This document shows, one piece after another, positions 7,474 through 16,878 of a stretch of 42,641 nt of DNA. Origin of the DNA: a virus (taxonomy: Duplodnaviria; Caudoviricetes); IMG/VR virus record IMGVR_UViG_3300022719_000227, positions 1-42,641 of that record, one strand, 5' to 3'. A program made the translations under genes and the position numbers. The stretch's first letter is position 1, and each line of letters opens with the position of its first letter. The notes under the pieces are model-generated. The model worked only from the letters and a program-made list of their open reading frames with translations, was not told where the DNA came from and made no database searches.

Positions 7474-9059
7474 CAGATTGCTGCCTCCAGCAGTGCAGCC
7501 CGGCTGTGCGAGCTGGTGAGGATGACGGGGTCGGGCTCGGCGCTGTTGCCGCGCGTGGCCAGCGACCAGACCGAGGCCATGGCCGCGTCGAACGCGTCGT
7601 CGCCGAGCGTCGGGCGCACCATTTCGTACTTGCTGTAGCTCTTGGTGGTCGGCACGGCGCGGATGTTCGGGAGCTGGCGCACCAGCGTGCGATGGCCGAA
7701 CGTGGCCAGGTCGATCAGGCTTTCATCAGCGTCGTCGATGTAGGGCAGTACGGCGCGGCCTTCGTGGAACGCGCGGCGCAGCGCCTGGGCCATCTGGTGC
7801 TTGGTCATGCCCTCGAACTGGATCGGCGAGAAGGCCCATTCCGGCCAGGTGCTGGGCGTGCTCTCGCCGTCGGCCACGGCGCGGCGGTCGATGTCGGTGA
7901 GGTTGTTGGCGAATAGATGGTCGTTGACCATCGTGATCACGCCGATGCCGTAGGCGTCGCCCAGGGCGTAGTCGGGCCGGAAATAGCGCCACAGCGCGAC
8001 GATGTCCCGGGCCACGGCGGCGTCGTCTGCGCTGGACGGCCAGGTGATGACGGTCGGGAAGAACGTCCACTCGCCGATCTGCTCGGTCACGACCAGGCAG
8101 TGCTTCGAGCTCTCGGGCTTTTCGCCGTGGCCGCCGGCGTCGTAGCCGAAGCCGATCAGCCCGCGCTTGCGGTAGGTCTCGTCGGGCATGGGCTCGACCA
8201 CGTCCAGCCCCGAGCGCAGGCCGATCTGCATCGCCCGGCGAACGAACCGCTCCCAGATGAGGTTCTTGGCGCTGACGTTCTTGCACAGCAGCTGGCGCAG
8301 GTATTCGTCGGGCGAGAGCTCGCGGCGCATCTTGTCGATGAACTCTTCATTCAGGATGCCCAGCTCCACGCCCAGGTGACAGTCGACCGTCGGGAGCGTG
8401 CGGTAGTTGCCGCCGGCGACGATCTCGCTGAGCGTGTCGGCGCCCTTGTAGACGCCGGTGATGTGGATGCGCGGTTCGTTGGTGGCCGAGGTTGAGGCGC
8501 CGAGCCGGCGCGTGGCGCCCATCATCAGCAGGAACCGGCCGAACAGCCGGTCGCGCGGCATGTCGTCGACCTCCTCGAGACTGGCCACCGTCAGGTCGCC
8601 GCCGTCGACCTGGCTGTAGATGCCGTAGGCGCGAGCGAGCGAGTTGTTAGAGAACTGGTAGTAGGTGTCGGCCAACTGCTGCCGGCCGGACTTGTAGGCC
8701 AAAAACGCCTTCAGGATCGAGCTGCGGCGGATGGCCTCCAGGTGGTAGCCGAGGTTGTTGAGGCTCTGCGCCTCGCGCGGCGCGACGATGCCAAGCTCCT
8801 GGTCGCGGTTCGTGGCCAGGTACTTGAGCAGCCACATTTCCTTGACCGCGGTCTTGCCCGTGCGCCGGCAGCTGAAATCGACCGTGTAGCGGTGCTCGTC
8901 CATCTCGATGCACTTGAGCACCTGCATCGGGTCGAGCGTGACGTTGTGGACGTGCTTGTGCCAGAGCGCGTGATCGTCTGCAAAGCGCAGGATCTCGCGC
9001 CCGGCCACGCTCTGCGCGCGGATCCGCTGGGCCTGACTGACGCGCTTTTCAATCGGCAT
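7473..9059 (-). CDS. terL: Terminase large subunit
   Basis: Walker A CRRTGKT, Walker B SLEEVDD, nuclease acidic motifs GYDAGG and DDAFDA. Confidence 0.9.
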   Translation of the reverse strand: MPIEKRVSQAQRIRAQSVAGREILRFADDHALWHKHVHNVTLDPMQVLKCIEMDEHRYTVDFSCRRTGKTAVKEMWLLKYLATNRDQELGIVAPREAQSLNNLGYHLEAIRRSSILKAFLAYKSGRQQLADTYYQFSNNSLARAYGIYSQVDGGDLTVASLEEVDDMPRDRLFGRFLLMMGATRRLGASTSATNEPRIHITGVYKGADTLSEIVAGGNYRTLPTVDCHLGVELGILNEEFIDKMRRELSPDEYLRQLLCKNVSAKNLIWERFVRRAMQIGLRSGLDVVEPMPDETYRKRGLIGFGYDAGGHGEKPESSKHCLVVTEQIGEWTFFPTVITWPSSADDAAVARDIVALWRYFRPDYALGDAYGIGVITMVNDHLFANNLTDIDRRAVADGESTPSTWPEWAFSPIQFEGMTKHQMAQALRRAFHEGRAVLPYIDDADESLIDLATFGHRTLVRQLPNIRAVPTTKSYSKYEMVRPTLGDDAFDAAMASVWSLATRGNSAEPDPVILTSSHSRAALLEAAI

Positions 9060-9990
9060 TGGATTGGTGCTCGATCGCGACTGGGTCGCGCTTGGAGCGC
9101 TCGGCGGCGCGTTCGATCAGTGCGCTCATATTTTCCAGCGCCTTGGCCTGCGTGCGCTGGTATTCGAGCAGCGTCTCGCGGTCGGACTTCTCGTTTTCCA
9201 GGTGGCCGGCGATGTCGTCACGGTCCTGCTGCGCGGCCACCGTCATGCCCGAATCGGCCAGCGTCATGCCGGTGGACTTGATGATCTCGCTCATCCGCTT
9301 GAGCAGCGGGTTTTCGCGCACCTCCGTCAGCAGAATCTCTTCACCCGTTGTTGGGTGGGGCCCGCACGCCAAGTGAAAACCGCCGCCCTTGTCGTAGTAC
9401 CACTGCGGCGTTTCGATCTCCACCCCGCGCGCGATGATCGACTGCATGATCATGTCCAGGATCGCGCACACAGCCGCGTGCATCCGGGCGCGCAGGCCCT
9501 GCAGCATCGTCGGGTCCTGTGAGTCGAAGGCGATGTCGTGCTGCAGGAACAGCTCGGTCTTGCGCTGGCAAGCGATATTGCCGTCCAGACCACACGAATC
9601 AAAATACGGGCAGCCGTCGCAGTCCGGATACCGCCCCGGCTTGGCCGGGAAATACCGCGCGGTGTTGGCGTAGGCGCCGTGCTGCAACGCGTTGAACCGA
9701 GTGCGCCGCGCCTCTTCCGGTGTCGGGTGCCCCTCGAGGTTCTTCGCCGCATTCGCCAGCCCCTCCGGCGTCCGCGGTCCCGTCGCGTTCGCCCAGGCCT
9801 TCAGCAGCGAGGCCTGAACCCGGTCCTGGTGCGCGTCCGCTCCGCAAGCCGGACACTCGGCGAAATAGTCCCAGGGGTGGTGCGTCTTGTCCGGCACGTC
9901 CACCACCCGATCGGGCGCCCCCTCCCACCGGTGATCACACTCCGGGCAATGGAATTTCACCGCGTCCATCTTGTCGCGCCGCTTACCCAT
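9049..9990 (-). CDS. Probable terminase small subunit with Zn-finger motifs
   Basis: CPEC/CPAC, TGPRTPEG...NALQHG motif, CDGC..C..C; directly upstream of and overlapping terL. Confidence 0.7.
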   Translation of the reverse strand: MGKRRDKMDAVKFHCPECDHRWEGAPDRVVDVPDKTHHPWDYFAECPACGADAHQDRVQASLLKAWANATGPRTPEGLANAAKNLEGHPTPEEARRTRFNALQHGAYANTARYFPAKPGRYPDCDGCPYFDSCGLDGNIACQRKTELFLQHDIAFDSQDPTMLQGLRARMHAAVCAILDMIMQSIIARGVEIETPQWYYDKGGGFHLACGPHPTTGEEILLTEVRENPLLKRMSEIIKSTGMTLADSGMTVAAQQDRDDIAGHLENEKSDRETLLEYQRTQAKALENMSALIERAAERSKRDPVAIEHQSNAD

Positions 9991-9996
9991 GCCCGC

Positions 9997-10032
9997 GTGA
10001 TACCAGCCGGCAGCGCGTCAAACCATGGAAAA
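9997..10032 (-). promoter_or_regulatory. Putative late promoter TTTTCCAT-N22-TATCAC (possibly leaderless terS mRNA)
   Basis: Same octamer and 22-nt spacing to a TA-starting hexamer as upstream of the capsid operon (42168-42203). Confidence 0.55.
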
Positions 10033-10038
10033 CCCCGC

Positions 10039-11643
10039 TCACGCCGCCCGGCACCACCGAACCGGCAACGGCTCAACCGCGGTTCGCAGCAAGCGCGACC
10101 CGGGGAGCCAATTTTTCGTACTGCGAACCGTATCCGCCCCGACCAGCCGGTCGGGGCGGTACTGTATCTGCACTTCGTCCTCGAGTACGTCGACCCGATC
10201 GATGAGCTGGGCCAAGAAAGCGCGCGTTTTCTTGACGTCGGTACGATCCCGCATTCTCTCGGCCAGGAACTCGCGCAGCTCGTCCAGCTGCTCCGGCGTG
10301 ATGCTGAGCGCGGGCGGTTGTTCTGAGTCGATTTCCGAGATTTTCTGCTCGAGCTTTTCTATCTCGGCTTTGTTGGCCCGCAGGCGCTGGGTCAGGTCGG
10401 CCATATTGGGCGCTTCCCGACCGTGGAGCTCGAGCACGTCGAAGATCTTCGATTGGCGGTTCTCGACCTGGACCAGCTGACGCTGGGCGGTCTGCATTCG
10501 CTTTTTTCGGTCCTTGGCCCAGTCGCCGGCCGCTGCGTGGAGCTTCTGGTAGACCTCCATCAGGTTTTCGTGGCTGAAAACCCGGCGCGTGACGACTTCG
10601 AGCAGCCAGTCGTCCAGGTCGCGGGCCGGGATTCGCCGGCCAGGGCATTCGGATCCGCGGCGCGCCTGCTGGCACTCGTAGTAGCTGTAGATCTTGCCGC
10701 CGCGCCCGGTGCCAGTCTTGATCTGCATACGCGCGCCGCAGCTGCAGCGCGTCAATCCCGTGAACAGGTAGGTGCTGTGCGGTGATCCGCTGCCCCGCCC
10801 CGGTCGGTCCTGGTCAATCATGGCCTGCACAGCCTCCCAGTCGTCAAGCTCGACAATTGCCGGATGCGCCGGCACCCGCACCCATTGATCCTGCGGGCGG
10901 CGGCGACCGGTGCGCCGGTCCTTCTTGTTGAACACCATTCTGCCGACTAGCGCCTCGGACCGGAGCGTGAAAAGCACGTTGGTCTGGTTCCATCGGCGGC
11001 CACGGTTCGTGATGCCTTCATCGTTCAGCAAATCCGCAATGCTCTTGGCGCCGATGCCCGACAAGCGAAGCGCGATCATCCGTTGTGCAACTTCCGCTTC
11101 GGCCTGGATCGGCTCGAGTCGTTTCCGTTTGGGCTCGTCCGGTACCGGCACGGTCTGGAAACCAAATGGAATGCCGCCGCCGGTGTAGTAACCCTGCGCG
11201 GCCAGCCGCATCATCGATCGCTTGGTGTCAGACGCGATCTGTCGACTGGTCAGCTCGTCGAAGATCTGCATCACCTGCTCGAGCACCCAGCCGCTGTTGT
11301 CGCGCCGGTCGATCGGCATCGAGATGTAGACCAGCTCTACACCGGCGTGCTCGAGCCGCTTCTTGTAGATGATGGCGTCGTGGGCACTGCGCGAGAATCG
11401 CGACGTCGACCAGGTGATGAAATAGGCCGGCTGCGTCAGCTCGCTGTACTCGATCGCGTCCTGGAATGCCGGGCGCTGGTCCGTCGAGCCTGAGAGGCCT
11501 TCGTCGGTGAATACACGGTCGACGGTGGCGTCGAGCTCCTCGGCCTTCTTCCGGCAGCGGTCGACCTGCCCCTCGATCGGCAGCTCGTCTTGCGCCTGCC
11601 GGCTGGTCGAAACCCGCGCGTAAATGACCGCCTTTTTATTCAT
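10039..11643 (-). CDS. Large serine recombinase (integrase), about 534 aa
   Basis: IYARVST catalytic Ser, SRFSR, GGGIPFGF, recombinase domain, Zn ribbon RCSCG...YYEC...C, coiled coil. Confidence 0.95.
   Translation of the reverse strand: MNKKAVIYARVSTSRQAQDELPIEGQVDRCRKKAEELDATVDRVFTDEGLSGSTDQRPAFQDAIEYSELTQPAYFITWSTSRFSRSAHDAIIYKKRLEHAGVELVYISMPIDRRDNSGWVLEQVMQIFDELTSRQIASDTKRSMMRLAAQGYYTGGGIPFGFQTVPVPDEPKRKRLEPIQAEAEVAQRMIALRLSGIGAKSIADLLNDEGITNRGRRWNQTNVLFTLRSEALVGRMVFNKKDRRTGRRRPQDQWVRVPAHPAIVELDDWEAVQAMIDQDRPGRGSGSPHSTYLFTGLTRCSCGARMQIKTGTGRGGKIYSYYECQQARRGSECPGRRIPARDLDDWLLEVVTRRVFSHENLMEVYQKLHAAAGDWAKDRKKRMQTAQRQLVQVENRQSKIFDVLELHGREAPNMADLTQRLRANKAEIEKLEQKISEIDSEQPPALSITPEQLDELREFLAERMRDRTDVKKTRAFLAQLIDRVDVLEDEVQIQYRPDRLVGADTVRSTKNWLPGSRLLRTAVEPLPVRWCRAA
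10080..10130. other. Putative attP site inside the 3' end of the serine integrase gene
   Basis: Perfect 10-bp IR CGGTTCGCAG/CTGCGAACCG spanning 51 bp around the core CCCGGGGAGCCA, which resembles a tRNA 3' end. Confidence 0.75.
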
Positions 11644-11914
11644 TCCGTGGCCAAGGAAGTGTCGGAAATTCGCCAACCATTTCAGGATGCTGAATCGCTA
11701 CCGCTCGCAAAACCGCCTGTTCTTCCGGTGACCGCAGCGTGACCACGGGATCTTGATCTCCGGCATATGACTCATAACGGCTGAAGATCTCAAGCAGAAC
11801 CCTGGCGGGCCCTTCAGATAACGTCAGTTCCCAGACTACCTCGCCCGACTCAACTTCCTGACGCATATCCTGCTTTCGCAGAATCCCATCAAAGACGCTG
11901 CTGCGTTTTCTCAT
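11636..11914 (-). CDS. Hypothetical protein, 92 aa, lower GC
   Basis: ATGA-coupled to the Mor-like gene and overlapping the integrase start. Confidence 0.65.
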   Translation of the reverse strand: MRKRSSVFDGILRKQDMRQEVESGEVVWELTLSEGPARVLLEIFSRYESYAGDQDPVVTLRSPEEQAVLRAVAIQHPEMVGEFPTLPWPRNE

Positions 11915-12378
11915 TCGGCGCCTCTCATCAGCTTGCGAATGTGCCCCTCGGTCAGATCATAGCCGAGCCGCCGGCGCAGTTCCTGTCGAATCTCGGCCGC
12001 GGTCCACTCTTGGGCGGCCAGCGTGGCGATGTACCGATTTCTCTGGTAGCGCTGCCAGGTGGAGATCGCCGGGATGTGCACACGGCCGCAGTCGTCCTGA
12101 ACGCTGTCGTCCTGGCTGAGGATCTGCCACGTGGCCAGGAACGCGTCGACGCCGATCGCCGAGGCCACGCGCAGCCAGTGCCGGCCCAGCCCCAGCTCGG
12201 CCAGTTCGGCCAGCCGCGGATCCCCGAACCGAGATCCTTGCGAGGTGCAGATATCCAGGTACCCACCTCCCCCCTGAGACCGGGCGCCGGCGCTGTGCCG
12301 ACCCCCCACCCTATGGCCGGCCGCCGCCGTGGCCTGCATTCCTCGATCCGAGCTGCGCTTTTGCCGCCCGGTGGTCAT
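11911..12378 (-). CDS. Mor/C-like late transcription activator (start uncertain)
   Basis: RVASAIGVDAFLATWQIL...VHIPAI...QRNRYI...HTH-like C-terminus, matching the Mu Mor/C layout. Confidence 0.6.
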   Translation of the reverse strand: MTTGRQKRSSDRGMQATAAAGHRVGGRHSAGARSQGGGGYLDICTSQGSRFGDPRLAELAELGLGRHWLRVASAIGVDAFLATWQILSQDDSVQDDCGRVHIPAISTWQRYQRNRYIATLAAQEWTAAEIRQELRRRLGYDLTEGHIRKLMRGAE

Positions 12379-12416
12379 CGCAAGCCCCTGATCCTGCGAG
12401 CATGCGGCCCCTGCGA

Positions 12417-12443
12417 GCTGCGCCTTTTCCAATTATGCGCAGT
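12417..12443. other. dif-like tyrosine-recombinase site
   Basis: - strand ACTGCGCATAA resembles the XerC arm GGTGCGCATAA, paired with an imperfect inverted arm (CTGCGC..GCGCAG); about 190 bp downstream of the XerC-like gene. Confidence 0.5.
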
Positions 12444-12628
12444 TGGATAATTCTCGTGGGCTGGAGTAGTTAGGCCGTTCCAAGGCCGATTTTCAGGCGG
12501 CCTGCATCCAGCCATGGTTCTCGCCTTCCCGAGCCTCGGTGGCTGACCCAATATGATTTCCGGCGGCCAGATAGGCACGGAAAGGCATCGATCGATGGCG
12601 GCTGCGTGGCGGCGCGGGCGCTGTGGCA

Positions 12629-13672
12629 TCAGCTTTGTCCTCGTCGTCGGTAGATCTCTCGAGCGCTGTCCAGGGCCGGGGCGCGGATCCGTTTGAGCGG
12701 GCTGGCCTTGTCGCTGGTCTGCCGGAGCTTGCGCAGTGCGAGGTGGGTGTAGACCTCGGTGCTCTTGATGTCCTCGTGACCCATGAGGGCCTTGCGCTGC
12801 CAGGGGTCGATGTCGTGCTCGGCCAGCTCGGTGCCGAACAGGTGGCGGAAAGCGTGCGGGTGGCAGTGCTCGGGCGGCACGCCGGCGCGCTTGCCGTACT
12901 TCTTGATCAGGGCCGTCACGGCGCCTGGACGCAGGCGACGATGCTCGCCCCGGTAGTCGTGCTCGCCGATGCTGCGGTTCCTGGTGGAGACCCACAGCAC
13001 GCGCTCGCCGGTCTTGGTGGCGCGATCGATCTGCTCCAGCTCGGGGTGCGCGAGATAGGCCTGGATGAGCACCTGAGCCTCGGGCGGGGCCGGGACGATG
13101 CGCTCCCGTGCGCCCTTCTCCTTGACCTTGACGTCCAGCCAGCGGCGACCGCCCTCGGTGGTCCAGAGAAGGGAGCTGTCGTCCATGCCGCACAGCCCAC
13201 TGACGCGGATGCCGGTGCCGATGAGCGTGGCCAGGATGGCGGCGTCTCGCATTCCGAGGAACGTGCCCAGGTCGGGCGCCATCAGCAGCTTCTCGGCCGT
13301 CTCGATGCTGGCCGGCACCGGCAGCCGGCGGCCGATCTCCGGATAAACGAGGCCCGCGGCCGGGTTACCCAGGCCGGCGCGCTTGCTGGCCCAGCGGTAG
13401 AAGCTCTTGAGCGCAGCGACGATCGGGGAGCGGCTGCGGGGGCTCAAGCCGCGGCTGTGGGCGTACAGGCCGGCGAACAGCTCGAGGTCGTCCGTGGTGG
13501 CCTGCTCCGGGCCCGGTGCGCTCGGGCGCAGCTTCGGATCCTCCGGCGGCTGGGCGTACCACTGGCCGAGCGCCATCAAGTGGCCGCCGTACTTCTCCAC
13601 AGTGGCCGGCGACCGTCCCGAGGCGTGCTGCAGCCAGTTTTGGTACTTGGCGACCAGCTCCGGCCAGGTCAT
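12629..13672 (-). CDS. XerC-like tyrosine recombinase
   Basis: N-terminal core-binding domain (RSPATVEKY, ALKSFYRW), GTGIRVSGL, HAFRH, MGHEDIKSTEVY. Confidence 0.92.
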   Translation of the reverse strand: MTWPELVAKYQNWLQHASGRSPATVEKYGGHLMALGQWYAQPPEDPKLRPSAPGPEQATTDDLELFAGLYAHSRGLSPRSRSPIVAALKSFYRWASKRAGLGNPAAGLVYPEIGRRLPVPASIETAEKLLMAPDLGTFLGMRDAAILATLIGTGIRVSGLCGMDDSSLLWTTEGGRRWLDVKVKEKGARERIVPAPPEAQVLIQAYLAHPELEQIDRATKTGERVLWVSTRNRSIGEHDYRGEHRRLRPGAVTALIKKYGKRAGVPPEHCHPHAFRHLFGTELAEHDIDPWQRKALMGHEDIKSTEVYTHLALRKLRQTSDKASPLKRIRAPALDSAREIYRRRGQS

Positions 13673-13699
13673 CGAGACGCCCTCCAGCCGGCCGATTCG

Positions 13700-14110
13700 T
13701 CAGGGGGGGAGGGGGAGTCAGAAATGTAGGGGGTCGTTTTGGGGGCGATTTTGGGATAAGTGCCTGATTTCCCTACGTATTGAGGCCCTCGGTTTTTGCA
13801 GGATGCCGAAAAAAAATGTAGGAGCAAAAATTGACCAGCACCTCCGTTTGTAGGGCTGTTCTTCCTTTTTGCAGGGCCTTCTCTCTTTTTTGTAGGGGTA
13901 AAAGAGAGAAAGAGAGGGGATAAAGACGCCGACCGAGGCGGATTTTTGCATGGCGGTATCAATAACTTAGCTGAGTTATCCACAGCCGGCCCTCGGTTTT
14001 TTGCGGTTTGCCCCCGCCATCTTGAAAAAATGCGGCGATTTCGGGCGTTTTTGGCGCGTTTTCGGCTCGCGATTCGGGCGCTCGCCCTACATTTTTCGGC
14101 CGAAATCGGC
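13700..14110. other. Putative replication origin
   Basis: AT/homopolymer-rich non-coding gap after the primase; six direct TG(T/C)AGG repeats (13725, 13797, 13817, 13849, 13870, 13891) plus one inverted (14086); 11-bp IR 13879-13910; perfect DnaA box TTATCCACA 13976-13984. Confidence 0.7.
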
Positions 14111-14129
14111 TGAATTCCGCGGAAAACGG

Positions 14130-16856
14130 TCATTCCGGATCCCTCGGTAGGTCGGCGGCGGTGGCGTCCTGGGCGACGTCCAAGCCCCATCGGTCGAGCT
14201 GCTCGAGGCTGAGCGCGGCCATGCGTTGATGCCGGCGGCTGCCCAGGGTGAGCTCCTTCGTTTCGCTCAGCAGCACCCCGGCACGCTGAAGCTGGCGCTT
14301 GAACACGCTGGTGCTCTTGATGGGCAGGCTGTCCCAGATCTGGCGGTAGCGGCTGGTGGTCTGCAGGTGCTGGATGATGTGCTTGGGCTTGATGATGAGC
14401 GCGTCGACGCCATCGTGGTCGCGCACGCCGAAGGGATACTCGAACTGGCCGGAGTCGATGTCGGAGAACACGTGCTCGAGGATCCAGACCCACGGCTCGC
14501 GGTCGTGGCTGGTGGCGGCCATGTGCTGGTTCATCTCGCGCGCCAGGTGGTCGAAGAAGTCTCCGACCCGGTGCGGGCAGCCGGCGTAATCGAACAGCAG
14601 CCCGCCGGCGGTCATCACCGCGGCGTAGTTGGTGATCATGCGCTGGGCGCCGTGGTCGCCCTCGTCGGCGCGGCTGAGCTTGGCCAGCTCGCGCTGCCAG
14701 CGCTGGTGGTTCTCGCGCGCCTGGTCGCGCCCGACGCCGGCCAAGTGCTCGAGCCACTGACGCACCGGGAACTTGGGCAGGTTCTCGGGCATCATCTCGC
14801 CCTTGGTCTTGTGAGTGAGGTCTTCAGCCACGAGTTTGCCGGTCAGGCTCTTGACGGGCACGTCCTCGCCGGCCATGAGCACTGGCGCGGCGATCAGGAA
14901 CGCGGTGTGCTCGCTGCCGCGCGTGGTGTGCGCGGCCTGGTAGCCCTGCTGCAGCATGGCCACGGCGGCGTCGATCACGCGCTGGTCGTTGGTGGAGATT
15001 TCCTCCCAGCCGACCGGGTGCGACGTAGCGCTGACCGAGCACAGCAGCCGGAACGGGGTCTTGATCTGCTCCGAGCCGTACATGTGCATGCCGAGCGTTC
15101 GCTCCAGCCGGCCGGTTAGGATGGATTTCCCGGCGCCCTTGGGCCCCTGCAGGCTCATGTGCGGCCAGAAGCCCAGCAGCGCCTTCATGTGCCCGCCCAG
15201 CGCCCAGACCAGCATCCGCAACGCGGCGTGGTGGCTGTAGGTCAGGCGGTAGGCCTCGATGACCTGGTGCGCATGGTTCGAGGTGCCGGCCGGGAAGCGC
15301 AGCGCGTGGTAAGGGCACTGCTGCTCCGGGTCGTCGAAGTAGCAGTCGGCGCCCTCGTTGACCACCAGTTTGCCGTCTTTCCAGCACAGGCCGACGAAAT
15401 TCACCGCGTCGGTCCTGGTCAGGCCGGTGGTGCGCTCGAGGATGGACAGCATGCGCTTGAACAGCGCCGGGTTGAAGATCCCGCCGAACTTGTCCCAGGT
15501 GTCGAGCTTGTGCAGCCGGTCGCTGGTGAGCACGCGGCGTTCCAGCTCGTGCTCGTTGCCCGGCCGCTGCGCGCTGACCGAATACACCGTCGTCGGCTGG
15601 GCGTTCTGCTCGCCGGACAGCACGCTGTTGTGGTCGGCGATGCGCACCTGGCTGATGCCGGCGATGCGGAAGCCGCAGACATCCTTCCACTGCTTCTTCT
15701 CGGCGCCTTCCTCGTCCTCGCTGATCTTGTCGATATATCTGGTGAAGTCGTGGGCGGTGCGGTAGCGCCAGTAGATCGCCCAGTCGTGCGGCGGCAGGAA
15801 CAGGCGCTTGCGGCCCGGGTGGCCGCTGCCGGGCAGCCCCGGGATCAGCCAGGGCTCGAGCTCTCGCACGGCCGCGCGCAGGCCGTCGACGCCCTCGGCC
15901 TGCAGGATGTCGTTGCAGTCGTTCCACTCGTGCTCGTACCAGCGCGCATGGTCGACAATCTCGGCCGGGATGTTCAGCGCCGTGAGCTGCTCGAGAATGC
16001 GCCAGGCCGATTCGGGCCCCGCGCGGTGGCCGTAGTCGTCCGGCTCGTCGGCGTCGGGCACCAGGATCACGCGCTTGCCGGCCAGGATCTGCCACGGGAT
16101 CTGCTTCCAGGTCTTGGTGCCGCGCGTGGCCAGCGTGGCCGTGCGGCCGAGCTTCAGCGCCTCGATCGACAGCGCGTTGATGGCGCTCTCGACCACGTAG
16201 ACCGTCTTCGACTCGGCGAAGCGGCGCAGGCAGGGGATGTAGGGCGTGTCCTTCTCGCCCTGGCTGCTGGTCTTCAGGCCGCCGTTGAGCTCCGGGTCGA
16301 TGTAGCGCATGTCGATGCCCATCACGCGCCCGTCCGACACGCGCCGGCACGGGAACGCCACGGCCGGCCCGCCGTGGCCGATCTCGCCCTCGTCGGCCCT
16401 GTCGCTGGTCCAGTCGTTGAAGCTCGCCGCGCCGCGCTTGACGGCCCAGCGCACCGTCTCCTCCGGGATGCCGCGGCCGGTCAGGTATTCCACGGCCGGC
16501 GCCGGATCCGCCTTGCTCGCCCGAAAGGCAATCGACTCGGCCAGCGAAAACTGCCGCTGCGGCCGGTCGTGGCCGTTGCGGCGCGGCGCCTCGATGCCGT
16601 ACTCGTGCGCCAGCCACTTCACCGCATCGCTGGCGTCGCAGTTGCGCACGTAGGCCACCAGGTCGATCGCGTCGCCGTGCTCGCCCTCGCGGCTGAAATC
16701 GTTCCAGCGCCCGTCGTCGTAGATCGCCAGGCTCGGCGTCGAATCCTCGTGGTGCGGGCTCTTGTAGTTGCCGCGGCCGCCCGGCCGTTTCAGGCCCAGC
16801 CGGTCGGCCACGTCGCGGATATCGACCCGCTGCTTGATTTGTTCGATCAGGCTCAT
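14130..16856 (-). CDS. DNA primase-helicase (degenerate CHC2 Zn finger, TOPRIM, C-terminal P-loop ATPase)
   Basis: KSPHHEDSTPSL, VVESAINALS and PDAD (TOPRIM), Walker A GPKGAGKS, Walker B-like VGWEE. Confidence 0.9.
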   Translation of the reverse strand: MSLIEQIKQRVDIRDVADRLGLKRPGGRGNYKSPHHEDSTPSLAIYDDGRWNDFSREGEHGDAIDLVAYVRNCDASDAVKWLAHEYGIEAPRRNGHDRPQRQFSLAESIAFRASKADPAPAVEYLTGRGIPEETVRWAVKRGAASFNDWTSDRADEGEIGHGGPAVAFPCRRVSDGRVMGIDMRYIDPELNGGLKTSSQGEKDTPYIPCLRRFAESKTVYVVESAINALSIEALKLGRTATLATRGTKTWKQIPWQILAGKRVILVPDADEPDDYGHRAGPESAWRILEQLTALNIPAEIVDHARWYEHEWNDCNDILQAEGVDGLRAAVRELEPWLIPGLPGSGHPGRKRLFLPPHDWAIYWRYRTAHDFTRYIDKISEDEEGAEKKQWKDVCGFRIAGISQVRIADHNSVLSGEQNAQPTTVYSVSAQRPGNEHELERRVLTSDRLHKLDTWDKFGGIFNPALFKRMLSILERTTGLTRTDAVNFVGLCWKDGKLVVNEGADCYFDDPEQQCPYHALRFPAGTSNHAHQVIEAYRLTYSHHAALRMLVWALGGHMKALLGFWPHMSLQGPKGAGKSILTGRLERTLGMHMYGSEQIKTPFRLLCSVSATSHPVGWEEISTNDQRVIDAAVAMLQQGYQAAHTTRGSEHTAFLIAAPVLMAGEDVPVKSLTGKLVAEDLTHKTKGEMMPENLPKFPVRQWLEHLAGVGRDQARENHQRWQRELAKLSRADEGDHGAQRMITNYAAVMTAGGLLFDYAGCPHRVGDFFDHLAREMNQHMAATSHDREPWVWILEHVFSDIDSGQFEYPFGVRDHDGVDALIIKPKHIIQHLQTTSRYRQIWDSLPIKSTSVFKRQLQRAGVLLSETKELTLGSRRHQRMAALSLEQLDRWGLDVAQDATAADLPRDPE

Positions 16857-16878
16857 TGGTTTCCCGTTATCGTCTTTT

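Noticed and set aside
10081-10110. tRNA gene
   Set aside because: Only GGTTCG and a 3'-end-like GGAGCCA are present, with the wrong spacing and no cloverleaf; fits attP instead
13669-14130. Protein-coding ORFs across the primase-recombinase gap
   Set aside because: Translations are low-complexity products of homopolymer runs; the repeat structure fits an origin
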